Shown here piece after piece: positions 44,101 to 52,934 of a DNA stretch of 64,000 nucleotides; positions within the stretch are counted from its first letter, which is position 1; the number at the start of each line of letters is the position of its first letter. The notes under the pieces are model-generated. The model was not told where the DNA came from. It searched no databases and saw nothing but the letters and a program-made list of their open reading frames with translations. The stretch lies in assembly GCA_022711465.1 (NCBI GenBank), contig JAKLEZ010000024.1:17938-81937 (forward strand), given 5' to 3'. The DNA comes from Planctomycetota bacterium (GTDB lineage Bacteria; Planctomycetota; Phycisphaerae; UBA1845; PWPN01). Made by a program: the position numbers and the translations under genes.

Positions 44101-44725
44101 CAATCCTGGCCGCCGGGCGCTGACCGACGAGCAGGTCAAGAGCCTCGACTTGGAGAGCAAGGGCAACTATGACGGCCTCAAGGAAGACACGTCTGATGCC
44201 GTCCTGCTCACCAGCCGCGGTGGCAAGTGGTACGACCGGACTTTCCTGGAGAGTTTCATTCGTCCCGGCCGCGACCTGCGCAACTGGGTGGCGCGGGCCA
44301 ACTACCCGGCTCTTGGCGTTGTTCCGACCGGGCCGGGCGAGATGTCGATCTACATTCAGCGACACTACGGCCAGCCGTCGGCCTGCATCGAACGCATGAC
44401 CCTGCGCACCGATGGCTTTGCCTCGGTCAGTGCTTCATACCGCGGGGGTGAGATGGTGACCAAGCCTCTGACGTTCACCGGCAAGGAACTGATCGTGAAC
44501 GTGTCCACCTCCGCGGTCGGTGGTGTTCGGGTAGAAATCCAGAGCGAGGCCGGCAAGGCGATGCCTGGATTCTCCCTGACCGACGCCGACGAGGTCATCG
44601 GCGATGACCTGGAGCGTGTCATGACCTGGAAAGGCAAGTCGGATGTCAGCATGCTCGCTGGCGAGCCGGTGCGATTGCGGTTCGTGATGAAGGACGCGGA
44701 TCTGTATTCACTGCGATTCCGGTAG
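41114..44725 (+). CDS. Secreted glycoside-hydrolase-like tandem paralog: propeller-like domain + beta-sandwich + intact LamG-like domain + second propeller-like domain + beta-sandwich; no dockerin
   Basis: 1207-aa ORF (GTG 41102 or ATG 41114, 13 nt after the upstream stop). The N-terminal 650 aa is collinear with 37996-41100 (WQLFIDDWLV, DRPWEGSVVYLYGTVL, YRMWYH, SSDGLKWEKPEL...). The second module has RPWEGIVSGYVTVIKDADLYRMYYRG, ESRDGVTWTRPDLGL, SGDGIHWKP, SKDFLHW, LRTDGFASV. Confidence 0.8.
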   Translation: MNPTRIRRIGLGFAAGLLLSAHGVFAELVSRSLNDLSGPWQLFIDDWLVAEKSGLQKTWHAFEKYAANPVLAADRPWEGSVVYLYGTVLPAEKGPGYRMWYHSWAEGEYRKLYATSSDGLKWEKPELGLVDYKGSAKNNLFLKRSHEDHSPQVIHTPADPDPLRQYKLVTYEYGRTPPKYTVSGYLGACSPDGIRWTDVPRYPVLRDPGDVGNFTWDPFNGRYIGYPKKFTEVRGYRRRCVGFSETNVFDSWPLARLVLVPDEFDDRWVKSPGQHTDFYGLSAFAYESMYLGFLWVFRITDGDNDGPIFVEMVTSRDGVNWTRQDEPRTPVLPTGPKGAWDCGMVFTPNHPLVEGDKVRLYYGGFDVTHGADGRGAIGLAVLRKDGFASLDAGANAGTVTTHPLVGVRGPLRVNYRAVRGSLKVEIVDGQGRPLAGYSRQECDSLTTDSVDQEVTWKGSNHLPDGQGAIQLRFVLQDASLYSFCAGENLQVARPDHGILYTFEGDKGQAVKDHLRADGSQDGRVRGLAGVDSGPTQAAFGEAGFRIPETVTELSTIELPGTNQLGTSFTLAAMVKPAAPGFARLFSNYRGSGPPWTSELIFDIDPSGKTIAGLRGVINGGEVQSGTGSFDAGRYHHVALTYSDGETVLYLDGGEVGRGEVPAGPVLLGTNMRIGEDLGGVVNEQFTGSVDDVLVLRRALTSSEIGTLAKNGARAFVDAGRSGTWPVRPARAAIPMEANALPRTCSIGSRLELFVDRFLIERLEGTELRLHHPQSAGVVFHFDRPWEGIVSGYVTVIKDADLYRMYYRGRPTTSQADASSEAQEVACYAESRDGVTWTRPDLGLLEVAGTRHNNVILTEPKTVTHNFCPFIDARPGVPEAERFKAVGGTGSGGLFGFVSGDGIHWKPVAPKALITRGEFDSQNVAFWSPSEQLYLCYYRTWRRERRWISRTTSKDFLHWTAPVDMDYGDTPPEHLYTNQTHPYFRAPHLYVSVAARFNPGRRALTDEQVKSLDLESKGNYDGLKEDTSDAVLLTSRGGKWYDRTFLESFIRPGRDLRNWVARANYPALGVVPTGPGEMSIYIQRHYGQPSACIERMTLRTDGFASVSASYRGGEMVTKPLTFTGKELIVNVSTSAVGGVRVEIQSEAGKAMPGFSLTDADEVIGDDLERVMTWKGKSDVSMLAGEPVRLRFVMKDADLYSLRFR

Positions 44726-47401
44726 TCCGCTCGCCGCGGGAGCAGTCTCGCCTCCGTCCGCCGCATACTCTTGCGTCACCCACTGGATGTCCAGGTCCAG
44801 GGTCGCCTTCGCGTCGTGGAAGGCGGTCGGGAACTCCTGACCCAGGCGTGTGGACAGATCGCGCAAGTATTGAAGGTATGCCCCGGCGACAGGCAAGTTC
44901 GTGGCCAGGCGTGTGTACTTCTGCCGAACTGGGTTGTGGCTCGTGCTGAAAGTGCCGCACCTGAATCCGACCATACCCGGGTAGGCCTCGACGAGGTCCT
45001 TGAGGACCATTCGCCCGGCCGGCGTCGCGGCCAGGAGGGCGATGACTTCACCAACAGACCGGTAGGGGTCATATGCCGTGGGGTTGAAGGCGTAGTCAGC
45101 ACACGTGAGCATCGGAATGCGATTCGCCTGATCCTGGGGGCAGAGGGGGTTGCTCATGTATCCGTCAAGAACCTGGCAGAGTCCGGGGTCGCGTCCGATC
45201 ACCGGGCCGAGGTGAAGTGTCTGGTTTCCATCGTTGACCGGGTAGTTGTCCCAGAGAATCAGCCGATGTCGGACCACCGCCTTGTAGCTGTCGGCTGCGG
45301 TCTTGGTGAGTTTCGGCGTCACCACGGCGTCTCCGGTCCAGAACAGGTACACGTCAGTGCCGAGGTTGGTGCCCAACTCGGTCAGGTAGTCGTGGCCGAC
45401 CGAGCCGTCGCCCCAGTAGTAGGTTGGACAGAAGACCATCTGGGCATCGGGATCGGCGAGTCGCAGGCGTGCAAGCAGCTTGTTGACCAGTGCCGCGTGC
45501 TGGGCCCCGACGATGGGTACTCCGCCGATGTCGTCGAGGGAAACGCAGAACCAGCGCACGCCGACCGACTGGGCCCAGGCGTAATGCGACCAGAGTTGCT
45601 CGAAATCGGAATCGCTGGTCGGATCCAGCGGGCGTGACGAGCCCAACTGGGGGTGGATGCAGAAACAGAACTCGATACTGTTCTGTCGGCATGCGGAGAT
45701 CACCTGCTGGTAGGCGGTCTTCGCGGATGGAGGCAGCGGCAGCCACCAATTGTTGCCGCCCTGCACGGCGAAGATGGACAGATAGCAGTTCATCAGGAAG
45801 TTCATTTTCCCCTGGGCCAGATAAGGCACGGCCCTCAGGTACTGATCCGCCGTCCAGTTCCAGCCCTTGATTCCGCGAATGGCGAAGCCCGGATCGGCTC
45901 CCGGAGGCAGAGGCTGAGGGAAGATTCCGGGGGTTTCAGGGAGCTGTACGAAGTGGTTGAAGAAATCGCCGATCGGCGAGTCAGGCTGCTCGCATCTCGG
46001 ATCCGCGGGCACGGTCGAGCCACTGACGCAAACCTGGAAGAGGGCGAAGTCCAGCAGGTCGATCGAGTTGTCTGCGTTTCGATCGAAGCAGGCGCACGTG
46101 TTCGGCAGAGGCGTCGTCGAGGAGGCCGGCCCGAGGCACGTCTGGAAGATCCCGAAATCCTCCTGATCGACGTCGCTGTCGCCATCGCTGTCCGCATACG
46201 GCGTATGGCAGGTCAGCGTCGTGTATCTGAACCACGCTGCTTCGTCGCCCCCATCCGGGTAATAGTCGCCGGAGTCCTCGCCGACGAAGATCACCCGAAA
46301 CTGCCGGGCCCACCTCATGGCCGACCAGGGCAGGGCGATCTCGAGATCCAGGCCATCGGGCGAGACGGCATAGCTGTACGGATGAGTGGTGCCCAGATGG
46401 CAGCCTTCCGCGGCCCAGGTGTTGAACTCCTTCACGCCGGCCAGGTTATACTCTGCCCCGAGGGAGAAGACGCGAGCGCTTGCGGAGATCAGGCCGGTGG
46501 ATGAAGTGCAGTCTGTATCGCAAAGTACCCAGTAGCCGGGAGTGGCGTCGAAGGAGGGTGACGGAGGTGTTCGTTGAAGCCGGAAGTACAAGGTGAGGTT
46601 GTCGTGGGCGATCCAGGCCTGTACGTAGTCCTGCCCGCCGGACACGTCGCCGGCCGCATCGGCCGGGAAAGGCGTAACCCCCGCCCAGTCGGCCAGCTGG
46701 CCATCGAGTCTGATGGTGTCGTGGGAGAGAGGGTTTGAGCCGACGGCGACTTCTCCGGTCTGCGGGGGGGGTACGTCCCGAAGGGTGTACAGGAAGTAGT
46801 CCGCCTGAGTCCCGCCGTCCGGGTCATAGTCGCCGGGGCTTTCGGCCACCAGGATCAGGTTGAAGGCGTTCGGATTGCCCAGCGTCGCCAGTGGCACGGA
46901 GAGCTCCATCGTGGTCCCTGATTCGACGCGCTGATACTCCAACGGGCCCAGAAAACCGCCGGTCGGCGCCCACCGATTGAGGGCCAGGGCCCCGCCGAAG
47001 TTGAACTCTCCCCCGATGCTGAACACTCGGCCGCTGGCGGTCTTGAGTCCGGTTGATCGCTTCAGGTCTGTGTCCAGGATGATCCAATAACCGTAACCGC
47101 CGGTGGTTCCGTTGGTACCGAGAGCCGAGGAGAAACTCACGCTGCCGGGGGCCCGCTTGGCAAGGATGAACAGTGTCGTTTCGCTGTGGGCAACCCGGAC
47201 TTCGACCCAGTCCTGCGTGCCCGCGGGAACATCACCAGCCGGATCGGGTGGAAAAGCGCTTACGCTTATCCAATCGTCGAACCTCCCGTCAATAGCTATG
47301 GCCTGTTCCGCAACGGGATTGCTCCGGCGGGCGATTTCTCCCGCCATGGTATTACCTTCGAGGAGGATCACAAGCGTCAGCAGTCTGCTCATTGGACACA
47401 T
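44708..47401 (-). CDS. Secreted GH84-like beta-N-acetylglucosaminidase with 2x ~190-aa repeat and an internal dockerin-like module
   Basis: The ORF track begins at TTG 47446; ATG 47401 or 47392 is more likely. The C-terminal half carries GH84 hallmarks (FCFCIHP, WFCVSLDDIGG with DD pair, FCPTYYWG, LFWTGD, LILWDNYPVNDG). The middle has YADSDGDSDVDQEDFGIFQTC...CACFDRNADNSIDLLDFALFQVCVSGSTVPADPRC. Confidence 0.8.
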   Translation of the reverse strand: MCPMSRLLTLVILLEGNTMAGEIARRSNPVAEQAIAIDGRFDDWISVSAFPPDPAGDVPAGTQDWVEVRVAHSETTLFILAKRAPGSVSFSSALGTNGTTGGYGYWIILDTDLKRSTGLKTASGRVFSIGGEFNFGGALALNRWAPTGGFLGPLEYQRVESGTTMELSVPLATLGNPNAFNLILVAESPGDYDPDGGTQADYFLYTLRDVPPPQTGEVAVGSNPLSHDTIRLDGQLADWAGVTPFPADAAGDVSGGQDYVQAWIAHDNLTLYFRLQRTPPSPSFDATPGYWVLCDTDCTSSTGLISASARVFSLGAEYNLAGVKEFNTWAAEGCHLGTTHPYSYAVSPDGLDLEIALPWSAMRWARQFRVIFVGEDSGDYYPDGGDEAAWFRYTTLTCHTPYADSDGDSDVDQEDFGIFQTCLGPASSTTPLPNTCACFDRNADNSIDLLDFALFQVCVSGSTVPADPRCEQPDSPIGDFFNHFVQLPETPGIFPQPLPPGADPGFAIRGIKGWNWTADQYLRAVPYLAQGKMNFLMNCYLSIFAVQGGNNWWLPLPPSAKTAYQQVISACRQNSIEFCFCIHPQLGSSRPLDPTSDSDFEQLWSHYAWAQSVGVRWFCVSLDDIGGVPIVGAQHAALVNKLLARLRLADPDAQMVFCPTYYWGDGSVGHDYLTELGTNLGTDVYLFWTGDAVVTPKLTKTAADSYKAVVRHRLILWDNYPVNDGNQTLHLGPVIGRDPGLCQVLDGYMSNPLCPQDQANRIPMLTCADYAFNPTAYDPYRSVGEVIALLAATPAGRMVLKDLVEAYPGMVGFRCGTFSTSHNPVRQKYTRLATNLPVAGAYLQYLRDLSTRLGQEFPTAFHDAKATLDLDIQWVTQEYAADGGETAPAASGLPESQ

Positions 47402-47490
47402 CGCAGTACTCGCCAAGACTGGAGAGCGGGCACGTCCCGCCTCCAAGGATGTACGCGCATACAGAGACTTCGGGTGGCCGGCATCCCGGC

Positions 47491-50247
47491 CTAATAGCTC
47501 ACCTGGATCTTCAGGGGTTCCTTCTCCGGGCGGATCATGATCAGGTTACCCCTTACGTCCGCGGCCGGATGTCCATTGACGGTCGCTTTTGTGATCCGCT
47601 TGCCGGTCGGATGGCTCAAGTGAAGCTGGATCCGGGCCGGGACCCGGCGGCTCGGCGGCTCGATCGCCACGTCGATGCGGCCGATATCGACTGCGGATTC
47701 GATCACGAACGAGACCGGCCCGTACTTCGTCGCGGCGTGGCGAACCTCGATCCGCTTACCGTTCGTCAACCAGGCTTTCGGAATCGCGGGGCTGATGAGC
47801 ACCTCGTCGCCTTCTTCGCGGAGCAGCATCATGCGCAGGATCCGCAGCTGCTGCGTGCCGGAGTACAGGTGGGGCATGGTCGGGGTCGGCTCGCCGCTCT
47901 TGAGATACGTCACCTCCACGCCGCAGTACGTCTCGCGGCCCATGCCATAGGCAAGGGAACCGTAGAGACCCAGGAGCACGCGATCCACTTCGCCACGCTG
48001 CAGGCAATTGAGCCAGTACCCGTATGTGTAAGCGTGGTCAACGCCGTCGTTGAACTCGCACATGCCCAGGATCAGGCCCTTGCGCTCCTCGAGACCCCTA
48101 ACGACCAATGCAGCTCGCGGGTCGTCCGGCGGCAGGAACTCACTCTCGAGGAACATCGAGGCGACCAGGCCGTAGTAGTCGCCACACTCGTCATGGCTGT
48201 CCTTCAGCAGCCGGTGGGTGTCCGGTTCCATCGGCAGCAATCTCATCCCGTCGCGTTCGATGATCGCCCGGTCCATCGAAGCGAGGATGTCCTTCCGGTA
48301 GGCGGCCGCCGCGCCAGCGATTCGAGCCGCGTCGTCGGCGAGGTCGGCGTCGGCCAGCACGGCCGCAGCATGCTCGAGGCCGACGCAGCAGTATGCGTTG
48401 GCGTAATAGTTGTAAGTCTCGACATTGTAGTCGCAGTAGGGTCGGAACTTGATCAGGCCATAGGTGACGGATTGTCTGTCGGCTCCTTGGCCGGTGATGT
48501 CCCGCCGGCGGGCGATGGTCCAGTCGCACATTTTCAGCATGCGCGGGGCCACTCCGCGGAGCCACTCCTTGTCGGCGGTGAGCCGGTAGTGCTCGGCCAA
48601 GGCGAAGAGCAGGCCGCCGTGGTCCGGCAACCCGTAGTTGATCGCGAACAGGCCGTCCGGCTTGAGGAAGGCGAACATGCTCTCGAGGTACCGGCGGGCT
48701 TCGTCGTGGAAGCCCCACAGGTCCAGGGCGTGGGCGTAGAGCACCTCGCTGTAGCCGAAGATGGCCTCGTAGAACCCGGCCCCGTCATGGGGCTGATAAA
48801 CGTCGCCGATCTTGTCCACGTTGATGAAGTTGTAGGCTAGCCACGCTCGCCAAGCGTCGTTCACCCTCCGCTCGGGAGTGGTCACCTGCATCCCTGTATT
48901 GACCACCTTGTCCCAGTAGGCGGCGACTTCGTTCAAGCGGCGGGAGAACTCCGCGGCTTCGACGCGGGCGGCGCCGGCATCCCTGGCCGGTGACGAGACA
49001 CGGAAGCACACCTCTGCCTTGCCACCGGCGGGGATCTGGACGGGAACCGGATCCAGCTTACTGATCGTCTCGGGTTTGGACTTGAACGCGACGGGAACGG
49101 TCCTCGCGGCAGCCCCCGGGTTGGTGACGGTCAGCCGGACGTAAGCCCACAGGTCGGCGTCGGGCTTCATCCCCTCCGACCAGCCCAGCACGGTCTGCTC
49201 GAAGGTGAGGCCGTCCTGCCTGGACTCACAGACGACGACAGGCAAGTGCCCCTCCACGAGTCGCTTGGTGCAGCCGGTCGCGCCGAATCGCACCGGCGGA
49301 CTGCCGAACTCGAACCAAGCCGTCGGGCCATTCTGCTCCCAGCCGTCCGAGCCGGTATCGAGTTGGATCGTTCCCTCATACTGGACGCCGACCTCGTAAC
49401 GGCCTTCCTTGGCACCCACCGCTTCCCGCGGCTTGAGCAGGGGCGGCAGAAGCGCCGCCACCGCCTCGTACGACGGCTCCCGGCCCGATTCGAGAATCTG
49501 ACGGCCGAGGGGGTCCTGGCTGGCGAGCTCCCGCTCGCGGCGCTCCGCCGCGGTGATCTTCATCCGCGCCGGCTCGGTCTTCTCCACGCGGACGTCGCGA
49601 ACTCGTGAGACACCGACCGGCCCCCGTTCGCCATAGTCGCCGTTGAGGTCGGGCGAGTTTGCGTCGGTACCGAAACCCTTGCCGATGACCAGCAGGGCGG
49701 GGGGACCCCTCAGCTCTGCCGGGCGTGCGACGAACAGCTCGTTGGCCCACGTCATCCCGTCCGTGCTGGACATGAACCGGATGCAATCGTCGCCCAGCTC
49801 GATGGCCACTTTCTGAAAGTCAGTGAGCCGGCAGCGGCTCAGATCCTGCTCGGTGCGTTGGCCGTTGGCAGTCAGGCACACGTAGTAGGAACCGCCGTTG
49901 CGTGAGATGACGCTCATCTGGCACCAGTCGCCGGCTCTCCAGTAGAGGAACAGCGAGGTGGCCCAACTCACGCCGGAGCTCGCTTGGATAGCGCACGAGG
50001 CGCGAATGTGATCGACACCCAGCGGCCGCTGGATGTGGGCGAAGGTGTGTTCGGCAGCCTTGATTTCCAGGGAGTCGTCTTTGACCGAGATCAAGTTGTC
50101 CTTGGAGGTGTCCACCCTCCACGCCGGGTCGAGGGCCGGCGCCCGAAACGACTCCACCAAGGGCAGGTTCACGGGCAGGTCGGCCGCCGTGGCGGGCATG
50201 GCCAAGGCAATGGACATCAAGGCGAGTGTCGAGCCGCGTGGCGTCAT
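47491..50247 (-). CDS. Secreted putative glycoside hydrolase (concanavalin-like N-domain + beta-sandwich + (alpha/alpha)6-barrel-like C-domain)
   Basis: ATG 50247 after aaaggaa. Signal peptide MTPRGSTLALMSIALAMPATA. The C-terminal helical-repeat region (HDGAGFYEAIFGYSEVLYAHALDLWGFHDEARRYLESMF, DHGGLLFALAEHYRLT, YYANAYCCVGLEHAA) is reminiscent of six-hairpin glycosidases. No family was assigned. Confidence 0.6.
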   Translation of the reverse strand: MTPRGSTLALMSIALAMPATAADLPVNLPLVESFRAPALDPAWRVDTSKDNLISVKDDSLEIKAAEHTFAHIQRPLGVDHIRASCAIQASSGVSWATSLFLYWRAGDWCQMSVISRNGGSYYVCLTANGQRTEQDLSRCRLTDFQKVAIELGDDCIRFMSSTDGMTWANELFVARPAELRGPPALLVIGKGFGTDANSPDLNGDYGERGPVGVSRVRDVRVEKTEPARMKITAAERRERELASQDPLGRQILESGREPSYEAVAALLPPLLKPREAVGAKEGRYEVGVQYEGTIQLDTGSDGWEQNGPTAWFEFGSPPVRFGATGCTKRLVEGHLPVVVCESRQDGLTFEQTVLGWSEGMKPDADLWAYVRLTVTNPGAAARTVPVAFKSKPETISKLDPVPVQIPAGGKAEVCFRVSSPARDAGAARVEAAEFSRRLNEVAAYWDKVVNTGMQVTTPERRVNDAWRAWLAYNFINVDKIGDVYQPHDGAGFYEAIFGYSEVLYAHALDLWGFHDEARRYLESMFAFLKPDGLFAINYGLPDHGGLLFALAEHYRLTADKEWLRGVAPRMLKMCDWTIARRRDITGQGADRQSVTYGLIKFRPYCDYNVETYNYYANAYCCVGLEHAAAVLADADLADDAARIAGAAAAYRKDILASMDRAIIERDGMRLLPMEPDTHRLLKDSHDECGDYYGLVASMFLESEFLPPDDPRAALVVRGLEERKGLILGMCEFNDGVDHAYTYGYWLNCLQRGEVDRVLLGLYGSLAYGMGRETYCGVEVTYLKSGEPTPTMPHLYSGTQQLRILRMMLLREEGDEVLISPAIPKAWLTNGKRIEVRHAATKYGPVSFVIESAVDIGRIDVAIEPPSRRVPARIQLHLSHPTGKRITKATVNGHPAADVRGNLIMIRPEKEPLKIQVSY

Positions 50248-50381
50248 GATTGAATTCCTTTCATATGGGCAGTTCCTCATACTTCCTCGTGGCCATGCCT
50301 GGTGTTCTCCGGAACCGGCGTTCAAGGCAGGTTCCTGGTTGACGGGCCGAGGATCCGGGGGCGTGGGGTGATAAGACCGCC

Positions 50382-51725
50382 TCAGGTTCTCCCGGTCACG
50401 CAGCCCTGCTCATGAATAGCGCCTCCGCACGAGTTCCACAGGCTCAGCACCTGGTCTCTGATGAGCGATGTGGTCTGGGGACTGACCCGCCACAGGCCGA
50501 TGTAGCGGTGAGCCTCCTCCACCTCGTATCCTCCCAGCGGGAATGACTCGGGCGTGGGGACATACCCGATGTAGCCGTGGCAGTAGCCGGCCACACAGAC
50601 CGGTTCGGCCTTCAGGCAGGCAGCCAGGTCGCGGCCGGACTCGTAGAATACCTCCCCCGGCAAGGCCACGATGGCCCCGTCGCCCACCCGTAGAATCGAG
50701 ATACGAACCGGGAGAGGTGGAAGTTGCCCATTCGAGGAGAGGACCGCCTCCAGCTCGGCGAGCCATTCTCGCCAGGCCCTCCGCACCTTCTCGACGACCA
50801 CGGGGTTGTCCCGCTCGCTGTCCCGGACTGTCTTGTCAGCGCGACCGAGCTCGGCCTTGATCTGCTGAATGGGTGGCATCCTGTCGTAATGCAAGCTGAA
50901 CCGGTGCGACTGCACCGCCAGCGTGTCGCGGTGGGATTGTCGGGAAGCTCGAAGGCCCCGGAGGACGGCCTCGGCGAGCAGCTGCCCGGTTGCACGCGCG
51001 GCCTCGGGACCCCCGAAAGCCAGTTCCGGTGAGAGATCGCCGCAGCAGCCGTTCAGGTAGATGCAGGCGTGTCCTTGGGCCGTCAGGGCCTCGGCCGCGT
51101 ACCCCCAGAAATCGGCGCTGATGAGGGTGCTGTCGCCGCCCAGGCAGTAAGGATGGCACGCATGGTGGAAGAGCAGAATGGAGCGGTTGACGCCGCGGAG
51201 GCTCAGCACGCGAACGGCGGTCTCCGTGGGTCCGGTCGGGTTCCGTCCCAGGATGACGCTGAGGCCTTCGGGGCCCAAGGTCTCCTGACGCCGGTTGTGC
51301 GCGAGCTTGACCGACGCACTGCCCCAGGATGCCTGAACAGGCTGGAGATCCGCGAGAGCTCCCTGAGCCGCAAGCATGGCTGCCCGCTCCAGTCGGGCGA
51401 GATAGGGGGCGTCCTCGTCGCCGATCCCCCGCAGCCGGGCAGTCATGGGCCCGGAATGGGTATGGGTAGAGGCAAGGACGACCTGATCAGATGGAATATC
51501 CAGAAGGCTGCCGAGCTTCGCCACCAGCCGGTCGGCAAGAGCGGGCGAGAGGGCCAGCAGATCGAAACTGACGAGGGCTGCCCGGGTCGGCTCGTCATCG
51601 AGGACCAGGGCTCGGGCGCTCAGTGGAGTGTCGATACCCGTGCTCGCGGAGGTGCGAGCGATGAAGCCGTTGAGAACCGCGCCTGCGGGGGGCGTGATAT
51701 CGATCGAGGCAAACCCGGCGAGCAT
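50382..51725 (-). CDS. Neutral/alkaline ceramidase-like hydrolase family protein (no signal peptide seen)
   Basis: 447 aa. N-terminal GFASIDITPPAGAVLNGF...GIDTPLSARALVLDD...VSFDLL...VVLASTHTHSGP matches the ceramidase_alk N-terminal signature. Confidence 0.55.
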   Translation of the reverse strand: MLAGFASIDITPPAGAVLNGFIARTSASTGIDTPLSARALVLDDEPTRAALVSFDLLALSPALADRLVAKLGSLLDIPSDQVVLASTHTHSGPMTARLRGIGDEDAPYLARLERAAMLAAQGALADLQPVQASWGSASVKLAHNRRQETLGPEGLSVILGRNPTGPTETAVRVLSLRGVNRSILLFHHACHPYCLGGDSTLISADFWGYAAEALTAQGHACIYLNGCCGDLSPELAFGGPEAARATGQLLAEAVLRGLRASRQSHRDTLAVQSHRFSLHYDRMPPIQQIKAELGRADKTVRDSERDNPVVVEKVRRAWREWLAELEAVLSSNGQLPPLPVRISILRVGDGAIVALPGEVFYESGRDLAACLKAEPVCVAGYCHGYIGYVPTPESFPLGGYEVEEAHRYIGLWRVSPQTTSLIRDQVLSLWNSCGGAIHEQGCVTGRT

Positions 51726-51802
51726 ACACCGTTCTCCCCATTGACGCTTCGATGCGTCGCGCGGCTGTGGCTACAGATCGCCGCGGATCTGCGTGTGGTT
51801 GG

Positions 51803-52900
51803 TCAGATCTTCCCCTTGTCTTTTCGCGTCTGGTTGATCTGGGCCCGGCTGCGGTGCCGGTAGTCGCGCAAGATCTCGATCTCGTATTGCCGGCACAGGT
51901 CCCTGACTCGCACACCCGGCTTGACGGACCAGAGCATATACCAACCTTCCAGCTCACAATCCTTCATCTCGACTTCGCCCTTGTGTTCTCTCAGTAGCTG
52001 GGCCACCTTCGTGCCGGTGAAGTTCTTGTGCACGATGGTGCGGTCCAGGTCGAGGGTGGCCACGAATTGGCCGGGGCATGGCTGCTCCACGGCTTCAATG
52101 GTCCGGCCGGTGGCATCGATGATATTGCCGCGGCCGACCGGGACGATGCAGTAGTTGTGGCACATGGCATAGCCATTCAGTGGCATGCCGCCGCCGTAGG
52201 CGCTGGGCCAGAACACGATCTCGGCTCCGCGCTGATCGGCGTCCTGCCACAGCTCGGCGAAGTTGGCGTCGAAGCAGGTGAGGATGCTGATTCGCCCGAA
52301 GTCCGTGTCGAAGACCTTGACACCCTCCTCGCTGAGGTTGAGACCCTCGCCCCAGAACACGAAGACCTTGCGGTAGTAGCCTGCCACCCTGCCCTGGCGG
52401 TCGATGAGCACGGCGGTGTTGTACTGCCTGCCCTGCTCTGCTTGCTCGCGAATGGGGCAGATCACGTACATATGGTGTTTGCGGGCCAATTCCGCGACTG
52501 TGAGGGTCGTTGGCCCGGAGACTGGCTCGGCCTGACTGCCCGCGAATTCCTCAGGGAGGCAGGCGATGTCCACCCCGAGACTACCCGCGGTCTGCAGATG
52601 CTCAAGGGCCAGCTTCAGTTTTTGGTCGTGCTCGCCACCGGTGCCGATGGCGATAGCGGACACCTTGACTTGGCGGCCGGGCAGGTTTTTCGCGCCTCTC
52701 GGGTAGGTCTTGCCCCGATCGGGGGATCCCCGAAGTTGGCCGGGCGATTCCTCTGGACGCGAGGAGGTCTGTCCGATGGCCACCCCCGAGGCATCGGTCG
52801 CGGAAGGGAACACCTGATCTGCGACGGCCGGCCGGGGGAGGCCGGCGACGATCGACACCGCGGCCACAGCCGTAATGGTACTCCAGTTCGACGCGATCAT
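51803..52900 (-). CDS. Secreted carbon-nitrogen hydrolase (nitrilase superfamily amidase)
   Basis: Signal peptide MIASNWSTITAVAAVSIVAGLPRPAVA. Glu block (IACLPEEF), Lys block (YYRKVFVF), Cys block (ISILTCFDANFAELW), followed by IVFWPSAYGGG. Confidence 0.8.
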   Translation of the reverse strand: MIASNWSTITAVAAVSIVAGLPRPAVADQVFPSATDASGVAIGQTSSRPEESPGQLRGSPDRGKTYPRGAKNLPGRQVKVSAIAIGTGGEHDQKLKLALEHLQTAGSLGVDIACLPEEFAGSQAEPVSGPTTLTVAELARKHHMYVICPIREQAEQGRQYNTAVLIDRQGRVAGYYRKVFVFWGEGLNLSEEGVKVFDTDFGRISILTCFDANFAELWQDADQRGAEIVFWPSAYGGGMPLNGYAMCHNYCIVPVGRGNIIDATGRTIEAVEQPCPGQFVATLDLDRTIVHKNFTGTKVAQLLREHKGEVEMKDCELEGWYMLWSVKPGVRVRDLCRQYEIEILRDYRHRSRAQINQTRKDKGKI

Positions 52901-52934
52901 GTCGAGTCTCGTCCCCTTGTGGTCGACGCAGCGA

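Noticed and set aside
47392-48840. 482-aa plus-strand ORF opposite the six-hairpin GH-like gene (also 44771-45637, 45653-46504, 54088-55260, 55405-56187, 57064-57837)
   Set aside because: Antisense shadow ORFs. The minus-strand frames carry signal peptides, RBSs and family motifs.
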